Program-made: the position numbers and the translations under genes
Notes under the pieces: model-generated
What the model was told of the DNA's origin: nothing
The model's database searches: none
What the model saw: the letters and a program-made list of their open reading frames with translations, nothing else
In this document: positions 1-7,620 of the stretch, piece by piece
How positions within the stretch are numbered: the first letter of the stretch is position 1
How the letters are laid out: each line of letters starts with the position of its first letter
Origin: an uncultured Acidobacteriaceae bacterium
GTDB taxonomy: Bacteria; Acidobacteriota; Terriglobia; Terriglobales; Acidobacteriaceae
Assembly (NCBI GenBank): GCA_963803095.1
Contig: CAWDLQ010000010.1
Location: 500,890-564,889 of the forward strand
Direction of reading: 5' to 3'
Length of the DNA: 64,000 nucleotides

Positions 1-209
1 GGGTGCAGATGCCTCCATCCACCTTCCACCATGGTGCGTCCGCTGGCAGGCATCGAAGTCGACCAGGGGATTTTCCAGGCGCAGGTTGCGGCGGCAACGG
101 CTTGCGCGTGACTGCTACAACCTTCGACACCCTGCTGTCGGCGAGCGCCTGGCGCAGCACCGATTGGCCCACCAGACCGGTTGCGCCTACGAGTAACAGA
201 ACTGCCATG
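1..209 (-). CDS. NAD(P)-binding Rossmann-fold protein (NmrA/atypical SDR-like), 5' part only, continues beyond the left edge
   Basis: My own minus-strand translation from the ATG at 207-209 reads MAVLLLVGATGLVGQSVLRQALADSRVSKVVAVTRKP, with a GxxGxxG dinucleotide-binding motif. It is missing from the ORF track because it has no stop inside the window. The + ORF 3..230 is its antisense shadow. After about residue 38 another frame reads NLRLENPLVDFDA, so a local double indel is possible. Confidence 0.6.
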
Positions 210-227
210 GTCTTGCTCCTTGCGGCA

Positions 228-282
228 TAGAGCAGTTTCGCAATTGGTGTAGACCGGCCACAGTAATTGCGAAACTGCTCTA
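228..282. repeat. Perfect inverted repeat: 18-bp arms (TAGAGCAGTTTCGCAATT / AATTGCGAAACTGCTCTA) with a 19-bp spacer, in the divergent promoter region
   Basis: Read directly: arm 228-245 is the exact reverse complement of arm 265-282. It lies between the minus-strand start at 209 and the lysR-type start at 295. Confidence 0.9.
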
Positions 283-294
283 ATAGGTTACGCC

Positions 295-1224
295 ATGGAG
301 AACTTCCGCCTGCGGGTCTTTCGCGCCGTTGCCCATCATCTCAACTTCCGCATAGCGGCGGAGGAGTTGCTGCTGACCCAATCCGCGGTGACGCAGCAGA
401 TCAAGGCGCTGGAGTCTGAACTGGATGTTCCCTTATTTGATCGCGCCGGCGGCCGGATTTCGCTTACCGCGGCCGGCGGTGCGTTGCTGCCCTTTGCAGT
501 CCGGTTGGCCGGGCTTGCGGAAGAAGCTCGAGAAGCCGTCGCCGCGGCCACCGGCGCCAGTGCGGGGCGGCTCGCCCTGGGCGCTTCCCAGACCATTGGG
601 CAATATTTGCTGCCCAAGCTGATTGCGGGTTTCCTGCAGCAAAATCCCAAAGTCGAAATCAGCGTCATGGGAGGCAACACGCAAACCATTCTCGAAGCGC
701 TGGTGGAGCACCGGGTGCAGCTCTGCCTGATCGAGGGTCCGCCCATGCGCAGGGACGTACAGGTGGAATCTTTCATGGAGGATCACATGGTGTGTGTGGT
801 GCCTGCGGGGCATGAATGGGCAGACGAGGAAGTCGAGGTCAAGCAGTTGCAGCAGGCGACGCTGGTCGCCCGGGAGCTGGGGTCAGGCTCGCGGAGGATC
901 GTCGAACAGGCCTTCGAAAAGGCCGGACTGGAAGTGAAGAAGCTGCGGCTGGCGATGACCTTCGATTCGACGGAAGGTCTGCTCAGCGCCGTCGAAGCCG
1001 GATTGGGGATTGCCTTTGTCTCGCGCTGGGCGGTGCGCAACCAGCTTGCCTTGGGAACCCTGAAGCTGGCAAGAGTGCGAGGCCTGAACCTGGCGCGGAT
1101 GTTCTCATTGGCGACCGTAGCCGGCCCTGAGCCCGCCGGGCTTACTCGCACCTTCCACCGCTTTGTGCTCGAGCGGGCAGAGCAATTAACCCCGCGCGCC
1201 ACCGGCCGAAACGCCCCCGCCTGA
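295..1224 (+). CDS. LysR family transcriptional regulator
   Basis: ORF 295..1224 (309 aa). The N-terminal wHTH 'FRIAAEELLLTQSAVTQQIKALESELDVPLFDR' and the overall length and architecture are typical of LysR-type regulators. Confidence 0.9.
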   Translation: MENFRLRVFRAVAHHLNFRIAAEELLLTQSAVTQQIKALESELDVPLFDRAGGRISLTAAGGALLPFAVRLAGLAEEAREAVAAATGASAGRLALGASQTIGQYLLPKLIAGFLQQNPKVEISVMGGNTQTILEALVEHRVQLCLIEGPPMRRDVQVESFMEDHMVCVVPAGHEWADEEVEVKQLQQATLVARELGSGSRRIVEQAFEKAGLEVKKLRLAMTFDSTEGLLSAVEAGLGIAFVSRWAVRNQLALGTLKLARVRGLNLARMFSLATVAGPEPAGLTRTFHRFVLERAEQLTPRATGRNAPA

Positions 1225-1298
1225 TCGGAAGGTTTCTTCAAAGATTGTGGCTTAGAGCCTGGACCTAACCCCAGAACGAGTTTTTCCGCAGCCTGTCC

Positions 1299-2240
1299 TC
1301 AAATGGAAATGTAATTGAAGTAGATCGCGGCCAGAGAAGCGCTGGCGACGATGATCCATAGCGCCACGCCCTGGACGAACGGCCTGACTCCAACTTGCTG
1401 CAGAGTATTTTTTGAGAGACTCGTCCCAATCAGAAATAGCGTGGCGGTGAGGCCGGCCTTGCCGAGATGGTTCAGCGTGCCATACTCGACAGCGAAGCGT
1501 GGGAAGTACGTGGCAGCAGCAGCCGCCAGACAAAATAGAAAAATAAACCACGGAACCTTGACCTTAGCCAGGCGATAGGAGCCTCCTGACCGCGCCATGT
1601 ATGCAGCTGCCAGCAGAGACACCGGAACAATCCACAGCGCGCGTGCCAGCTTCACCGTGGTCCCGACAGCGAGTGCCTGGTTTCCATACTTGGCGGCCGC
1701 TCCAACCACGGAGCTGGTGTCGTGAATGGCCAGCGCGGACCAAAGTCCGAATTGATTCTGGCCCAGGTGCAAAGCATGGCCAATCGCAGGAAAGATAAGC
1801 AATGCCACGGAATTGAGCACGAACACGGTTCCCATGGAGACGCTGATTTCTTCCTCGTCCGCGCCGGTAATCGGAGAAATAGCCGCGATCGCGCTTCCCC
1901 CACAGATAGCGGTGCCCGCAGCAATCAGAAACGACGCCTTTCCCGCCACCTTAAGCAGACTGCCAAAGAGCAAACCGAGCAACATGGCGCAGCTAATGCT
2001 GACCGCGGTGTAAAAAAATCCTGAGCGGCCCGCATGCACCACCTGCTTCAGATTCATACCAAATCCCAGGGCAACGACGGAGGCCTGCAAAAGCAACTTG
2101 GCCAGCGAATGGCTCTCCATGCGGAACGGATGCTCCACCGTCACCCCAAATGCGATGCCACCAGCCAGCGCAATGGCTGGGGAGACAACGCCGCTGGCCG
2201 CAAGAAGAAGGCCCAGGAAAAAGATGGTCTTGCCATGCAT
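1299..2240 (-). CDS. YeiH/UPF0324 family membrane protein (putative sulfate-exporter family transporter)
   Basis: ORF 1299..2324 trimmed to the ATG at 2240, which is preceded by AAGGAG. The protein is polytopic and hydrophobic, with 'GTAICGGSAIAA' and 'AIHDTSSVVGAA' motifs characteristic of the YeiH family. A LysR neighbour (like YeiE) is the classical context. Confidence 0.8.
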   Translation of the reverse strand: MHGKTIFFLGLLLAASGVVSPAIALAGGIAFGVTVEHPFRMESHSLAKLLLQASVVALGFGMNLKQVVHAGRSGFFYTAVSISCAMLLGLLFGSLLKVAGKASFLIAAGTAICGGSAIAAISPITGADEEEISVSMGTVFVLNSVALLIFPAIGHALHLGQNQFGLWSALAIHDTSSVVGAAAKYGNQALAVGTTVKLARALWIVPVSLLAAAYMARSGGSYRLAKVKVPWFIFLFCLAAAAATYFPRFAVEYGTLNHLGKAGLTATLFLIGTSLSKNTLQQVGVRPFVQGVALWIIVASASLAAIYFNYISI

Positions 2241-2377
2241 TGCTGTGAACTCCTTAATACTTAGCTTCCGCGTTTTAGCGGCAGGGGTCCAAGCAGAAAT
2301 ACTGATGAGGAATAAGCCGCGCATGTCGTGGCCGGGGGTAGTGTGACTTTCGCCTATCGTTCGCCTATACTCACGGG

Positions 2378-3205
2378 GTGACGCGAAACCTGTTACGCAT
2401 CGAACTCAGCCATAGAAGCATTGCCAGATCTCCTGAATGGACCGCGGAGATGACCTACGGTCCGGTGCCTAGCATCGTCTACGGCGAGAATGAAGCCGGG
2501 CAACACGGCAACTTCCTGTCTGCCTCGTACCGGCGAATTTTGCGCCATGAGGACTGGAAAGCCCGGCTGGCCAAGGTCTATACCGGCTCGCGCTTTCTCC
2601 CCAGGAAGGCCGATCGCACCCGCCGCGAGCTCGAGTGCGCAAACAGTTCCGACGCGCTGCTGATGAACATCTTCTGCTACCCCGGCATCCTGCGCCGCGC
2701 GGCTATCTGTTCCCTGCTCGCAATCGAGCCTGGCGCTGATCCTACCTTCGGTTTCAGGCCGGGAATTCCGTTGAAGAACGGCGCTGAAGATCGCAGTGAA
2801 CTGGACCTGAGGCTGGGAAATCTGTTCATCGAAGCCAAGTTGACAGAAGGTGATTTTCAAACCGCGAGACACGATCTCGTGCATCGCTATCGCGACCTTG
2901 AATCGGTCTTCGATCTGGATCGTCTACCCACGAGCAAAGATCGATATCGGTCCTGTCAGCTGATTCGAGGCGCCCTGGCTGCCCATGCCCACGCGGCATC
3001 CTTTGCTGTCTTCTGCGACCAGCGTCGTCAGGATCTGATCGAAGATTGCTTCGAGATCATATCGGCAGTCAAGAACGCCGACCTCAGGTGCCGTCTGACT
3101 GTGGTTACCTGGCAGGAAATCGCCTACACACTCCCCACGAAGGTGAGAATTTTTTTGGCAGAAAAATACGGCATCGGCGAAGCTCGTCTGCTTTCTCGAA
3201 TTTGA
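2378..3205 (+). CDS. Hypothetical protein with a PD-(D/E)XK nuclease-like core
   Basis: ORF 2378..3205 (GTG start; alternative ATG at 2450). 'SELDLRLGNLFIEAKLTE' fits a D...(D/E)XK catalytic motif, and the upstream 'SSDALLMNIFCY' resembles restriction-endonuclease-like families. The functional call is tentative. Confidence 0.55.
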   Translation: MTRNLLRIELSHRSIARSPEWTAEMTYGPVPSIVYGENEAGQHGNFLSASYRRILRHEDWKARLAKVYTGSRFLPRKADRTRRELECANSSDALLMNIFCYPGILRRAAICSLLAIEPGADPTFGFRPGIPLKNGAEDRSELDLRLGNLFIEAKLTEGDFQTARHDLVHRYRDLESVFDLDRLPTSKDRYRSCQLIRGALAAHAHAASFAVFCDQRRQDLIEDCFEIISAVKNADLRCRLTVVTWQEIAYTLPTKVRIFLAEKYGIGEARLLSRI

Positions 3206-3265
3206 GGGTAGATCGAACCTGCACACTCCTCTTTATCTGTGAGAACGAATTGCAGGTAAATCAAC

Positions 3266-3937
3266 GTGAGCCATTCGACGTCAGTCGCACTATTGTTGCT
3301 GGTCTGTGCCTCGAGTCCAGCCCAGGTTACCGACCAGGGGCACTCCAACCTGCCAAAGAGCTTCCATGACGATGCTCTGAACATCACTTATTTCTATCCA
3401 CCGCACTTCGAACTGGCGCCAGTCCCTGCGGACACCAACGCGAACTCAATTTCAGCGAAGTGTGTGCAGACCAAGCTGATTGCCAACTCCGGCATCCCCG
3501 CAGGTCCTTCTACCTTTGTTCTTTCCATGATCGACGACACCTGCCCCGACCAACTGCGGGAAGCCTCTTCACTGGGTCCTTTCACGCGCGCGCAAATCCT
3601 GCGCCAGCTCAAGCAGTATGGTGAACCCACCATCAGCCGCGAGCCCTTTCGCTATGTGATCGATGGCCGCTCGGCAGCCATCACCCTGGCCTCGGTCTCA
3701 ACATCTTCTGAATCAGGTCACAATCGAACCATCTACGCTGCCAAGGCCTGCGCCCTGGGCAGCATTTCTGCCCGGCGGCATAAGAAGTCCGACCCGGCAG
3801 ATCTAGTCCATCGGGTTCTGTGCTTTGACTTCACCACCCAAAACCGCGATCTCCTCGATATGATGTTCTCCTTCATCATTCAGTTCGACAACGACCTGCC
3901 AGAGCCGTTGTTTCCGGGAGGCTTTCACGCGAAGTAA
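3266..3937 (+). CDS. Exported hypothetical protein
   Basis: ORF 3266..3937 with an N-terminal signal-like segment 'VALLLLVCASSPAQV'. I recognise no domain. Confidence 0.5.
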   Translation: MSHSTSVALLLLVCASSPAQVTDQGHSNLPKSFHDDALNITYFYPPHFELAPVPADTNANSISAKCVQTKLIANSGIPAGPSTFVLSMIDDTCPDQLREASSLGPFTRAQILRQLKQYGEPTISREPFRYVIDGRSAAITLASVSTSSESGHNRTIYAAKACALGSISARRHKKSDPADLVHRVLCFDFTTQNRDLLDMMFSFIIQFDNDLPEPLFPGGFHAK

Positions 3938-3954
3938 TTGCGAAACTGCTCTAA
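3933..3954. repeat. 22-bp exact direct copy of 262-283 (AGTAATTGCGAAACTGCTCTAA)
   Basis: Read directly. It spans the stop of ORF 3266..3937 (TAA at 3935-3937) and the stop of the convergent gene (3951-3953). Confidence 0.9.
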
Positions 3955-6200
3955 AACTTCAAGCGCAGGCCGGCCTGCATTCCGCTCGGAGTTCCGATGG
4001 CAGCGAAGCGCGCATAAGAAGACAGCATGGTAGCGCCGGACTCACCCAATTCAGAGATCGCCTTGGCGGTGGAGTAGTTGCGATGTTCCATCATGTCGGA
4101 TGTCTGCGCGATTAATTCCAACCGGGTTCGCCTTCCCAACTGAAAGCCCCTGATGAGCTGCGCATTGATATGAATGAAGTCCAATCCGGGAAGCTCATTG
4201 CGCCGGGTAAAGTCACCATAAGCGCCCAGAGTAAAACCGTGGGTGACGTCCTGCCATAAACCCGATCCTGCGCGGAACGGAGTGTGCAGCGTGCCGGAGA
4301 AAGCTATCCGCCGCATCTGATCCCCAACGAATGTATCGTACGTGGATCCCCCTCCGTCGGCGTAGGTATAAGCCACCCGGTAGTCTCCCCACTGCACCGG
4401 GTGCCCGGCCCATGCGGCCGTGAGACCGTCATAGGAAGACCTCGAGCCGGAATTATATTGGCGGATGCTGAAGAACTCGTTACCCGCGGCGCAGCCGGCA
4501 GCAGCTGCGCAGAGAGCGACGTCGCTGGACACGGGGAGAGCGAGTTCGACTCCGCGAATATGCTGGTAACTGGCCGATAAAGTGTTCCTGGATCCAAATT
4601 GCTGTTCAAACTCCAGGTTCGCCGTCTCCACATACGCATTCTGAATCGATGGATTCACCGTCGTGAAGCTGCCCAGGGCGCTCACCGGCAAGCTGTTGCG
4701 GCCAAGCACGAATGTTCCCGCGCGCAGCAGATTGACCGGACTAGCCGATCCCTCGGGAGCGCCCGCAATCGCCGGCAGCGGAAGCTGTTCATACAACATG
4801 CCGTATCCACCGCGAATCACTGTGCTCCTGGAACCTCCCGGAGACCAGGCAAACCCAACCTGGGGGGCGAGATTGTTGGTATCGGTGTGAACATTGCGAA
4901 GGAATTCGAGATCGTAGCGAATGCCCATCGTAAGCACCAGGTCTGAACTCATCTTCCACTGATTTTGCGCATAAAAGCCGGCGGCCCGTGAGGACTGGCT
5001 AAAGCTCGCGCTACCCAAGCTCGCTTCCAAAAACGACACGCTCATCTGGTTAAGAAGAAAATCTCCGCCGGCGCGAAGAGACTGGTTTCCGAACTGGCGA
5101 GACAGATTGTCTGCAGCCTCATACACCTTAAAGCGGCGCGCGGTCGGAAATCCGGAGGCGACTCCCCACGCGGGCTCCCCGCCCGGCACTTGCACCGTCC
5201 CTGCGATGAATTGTCCCCTGGTCTCATTCACCGTGCTGGGCGAAATGGCGATGGTGTTGTCAATGCTTGCGCTTTGCTGGGTTACCTTAAGCCCGCGGCC
5301 GCTAGCTAGCAGGCCGTCACCGGAGACGCTCGAACGGTTGTAACGAATGTTGGTTGTATCGCGTTCGCTGAAGCGATGATCGAGCCGCGCAAGAAACTGG
5401 CTGGAGGTGAGAGGCGTATGGGAGGAATCCACTACAAGTGGCGGTCCCTCCGCTACGATCCTCCCTCCCAAAGACTTCAAGAGCGAGGAGCTGGCAGGTA
5501 CACCCAGTCTCGGCCGGTCAAACCCCAGGAAGTAAGCATTTCGATTGTGGTTGGTGCTGCCACCCAACGCTGCTCCGTATTCTGTGGGCGCAAGCTTCGC
5601 CAGGTCCTGCACTGCGGCCAGTTCGGCCAAGTTATTCCCCGACAGGCCATAGAGATCTCCGTGCAGTAAGCCGAGCCCGCTGGGCGAGCGCCCAAGAGCC
5701 CGTGGAAGCCCATTGCTGATGATGCGGAATTCCTGGATCGTATCCGCTCCCGGCCATCGGTCTTCATGCTGACCAGGTGCATCGGGCAGTAACCCGGCCG
5801 CATGTTCGGCAGGAGCCTGAGGTGACACAAACACCCATTGACCCTTGGGCAACGTCGACAACTCATCGGTCGCCGCTAGCGCCATCGAAAGGCTGGCGCT
5901 ATCCCCGGCGCGAACGGTGACGGTCTTTGCTATGTCGTTGTAGTTCGCGTGGTGCACCGTTACTTCGTACTGCCCATCGGGGAGATGGGCGAAGCGAAAG
6001 TTTCCGCTTTGATCGCTGGTAACCGATTGCGATGTGAGTGTTTCACTCTCCAGCGCAGTGACCGTTGCTCCGGGTACAGCTGCGCCCGTGGAGTCACTGA
6101 CGCTTCCGTTGATGGTCGCATAGATGAGGGATCGCTGCGCTGGAAGGCTGGTTGCCGCAGCACAGAACGATAGAACAAAGGGTACAAGTCTCTTGAACAC
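3951..6200 (-). CDS. Carboxypeptidase-regulatory-like domain outer membrane protein (TonB-dependent receptor-like)
   Basis: 749 aa with a signal peptide and a CarboxypepD_reg-like N-terminus ('GSVSDSTGAAVPGATVTA...SGNFRFAHLPDGQYEVTV'). The remainder is long and beta-rich and ends in an aromatic residue ('GLRLKF'). Confidence 0.8.
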   Translation of the reverse strand: MFKRLVPFVLSFCAAATSLPAQRSLIYATINGSVSDSTGAAVPGATVTALESETLTSQSVTSDQSGNFRFAHLPDGQYEVTVHHANYNDIAKTVTVRAGDSASLSMALAATDELSTLPKGQWVFVSPQAPAEHAAGLLPDAPGQHEDRWPGADTIQEFRIISNGLPRALGRSPSGLGLLHGDLYGLSGNNLAELAAVQDLAKLAPTEYGAALGGSTNHNRNAYFLGFDRPRLGVPASSSLLKSLGGRIVAEGPPLVVDSSHTPLTSSQFLARLDHRFSERDTTNIRYNRSSVSGDGLLASGRGLKVTQQSASIDNTIAISPSTVNETRGQFIAGTVQVPGGEPAWGVASGFPTARRFKVYEAADNLSRQFGNQSLRAGGDFLLNQMSVSFLEASLGSASFSQSSRAAGFYAQNQWKMSSDLVLTMGIRYDLEFLRNVHTDTNNLAPQVGFAWSPGGSRSTVIRGGYGMLYEQLPLPAIAGAPEGSASPVNLLRAGTFVLGRNSLPVSALGSFTTVNPSIQNAYVETANLEFEQQFGSRNTLSASYQHIRGVELALPVSSDVALCAAAAGCAAGNEFFSIRQYNSGSRSSYDGLTAAWAGHPVQWGDYRVAYTYADGGGSTYDTFVGDQMRRIAFSGTLHTPFRAGSGLWQDVTHGFTLGAYGDFTRRNELPGLDFIHINAQLIRGFQLGRRTRLELIAQTSDMMEHRNYSTAKAISELGESGATMLSSYARFAAIGTPSGMQAGLRLKF

Positions 6201-6437
6201 AAACTCCCCCCGATGGCAACGATTTCATCCATAAAGAGAGTTTGGTCTTCTCGACCTACCCCAGAAATCTCGAGAAAATTTTAGCTGCCACTAGCGAAAC
6301 GCAAATTCCAGAGCCTCCTCTCTCGCCCGGGCCGCTATCTTTGAAGAGCAGTGCGGCTGCTGAATTTACCCTGGAGGCTGAAAGATTATTGTTTCCCGCA
6401 AAAAATGAGGCGAAAAAATAATTCGAAGCTGGGGTTA

Positions 6438-6453
6438 GATTTCTTAAGAAATC
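6438..6453. promoter_or_regulatory. Perfect 16-bp palindrome GATTTCTTAAGAAATC in a divergent intergenic region (candidate operator)
   Basis: Read directly. It lies between the minus-strand start at 6200 and the plus-strand start at 6613. Confidence 0.35.
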
Positions 6454-6612
6454 CACTCTTTAGGGGTGAATGGACCCGATTTGCTCTTCGGAGAGCCCAC
6501 CAAGCTTCTCAACCGGAGCTTCGGCTCTACTGGCTCGATCTACCAACGAGGCGGGCCCCGTTCTATGCAAATTCACTTCGACTGGTTTTCTGAGCGGCTC
6601 AGAACTTACGAT

Positions 6613-7611
6613 ATGCGCATTTGTTCATGTGTTGCTCTTCTCATGGTGGCAGGCGCCTGTGCCAGAGGTCAGAATCAGACCTTCCATTCCAGCACCACGT
6701 TGGTGACCGTGCCAACCACGGTAGTCAATTCGAAAGGTCAGCGAGTTTGGGGTTTAACAGCTTCCGATTTTTCCGTTTACGATGACGGGCAGTTGCAAAG
6801 CGCTCGGCTGGACGATGGTTGGGTTCCACCTTCCCGGGCAGTGATCATCCTGATAGAAGCAGACGAGGATGCGCTCATGCTGAAGGATTCCGTAAACCGA
6901 GGCCTGGTGGCCTTTGTGGAAGGCCTACCGGCAGCACCTACTTCCATCGCCATCATGACCGTTGGCTCCGACTGCACGCTTGTCCTCCCGTTTACATCGG
7001 ATAAAGATCAGGTCATTCAACAGCTCCGAAATATTAAACTCTCCGGCGCCGGGTTGCCTTCATCCTTAATCAAGAGAGGCCCTGCGCTGGTGGACGGTTT
7101 ATTCAAAGCTGCGCGGCTGCTTTCAGAAGACGCATCCTATAGTGACAAAAATATCGTCCTCGTATCGACCGCAAGAGATTTCGGCAGTGCGCACAACAGC
7201 GAAGAGACACTCAGTCTGATCGAAGGCAATGACGTCACCGTGCATGCGCTCGAGTATTCCTCGGTAGAAATAGGATTATCGGATTGGTGGTCGGACGTTG
7301 AGCTGGCGCGGATTGGTCTGAACTTGAACGCTTTAGTGGTTCACGCTGCGACCTGGTTAAAGCAAGATGTTCCGAAACACTTCGCCATAGCTTCTGGAGG
7401 AGTGGTCCAGGTGATCGGCAGGAAGGGACAGGCAGGCGCTGCGGCATTAGCTATCGACACGCAGCTTCCGGTGCAGTATCCGATCAGTTTTGTACCCAGC
7501 GGTCAGACGCCCGGTTTGCACTCGCTGCAGCTAACTGTTCCGCAGCGCCCGGACCTGAAAGTGCGCAGCAGGGTTTTTTACTGGATGCAGGCTGACTCGC
7601 TTCCCCATTAA
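6613..7611 (+). CDS. VWA domain-containing protein (VWFA-related Acidobacterial-type, TIGR03436-like)
   Basis: ORF 6466..7611 trimmed to the ATG at 6613, which starts a signal peptide 'MRICSCVALLMVAGACARGQ'. 'FHSSTTLVTVPTTVVNSKGQRVWGLTASDFSVYDDGQLQ' is the typical N-terminal module of this family. Confidence 0.75.
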   Translation: MRICSCVALLMVAGACARGQNQTFHSSTTLVTVPTTVVNSKGQRVWGLTASDFSVYDDGQLQSARLDDGWVPPSRAVIILIEADEDALMLKDSVNRGLVAFVEGLPAAPTSIAIMTVGSDCTLVLPFTSDKDQVIQQLRNIKLSGAGLPSSLIKRGPALVDGLFKAARLLSEDASYSDKNIVLVSTARDFGSAHNSEETLSLIEGNDVTVHALEYSSVEIGLSDWWSDVELARIGLNLNALVVHAATWLKQDVPKHFAIASGGVVQVIGRKGQAGAAALAIDTQLPVQYPISFVPSGQTPGLHSLQLTVPQRPDLKVRSRVFYWMQADSLPH

Positions 7612-7620
7612 GCGATGAGC

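Noticed and set aside
3-230. 75-aa plus-strand ORF at the left edge
   Set aside because: The opposite strand encodes a clear Rossmann-fold N-terminus (GATGLVG) starting at 209. The plus ORF has no features of a real protein.
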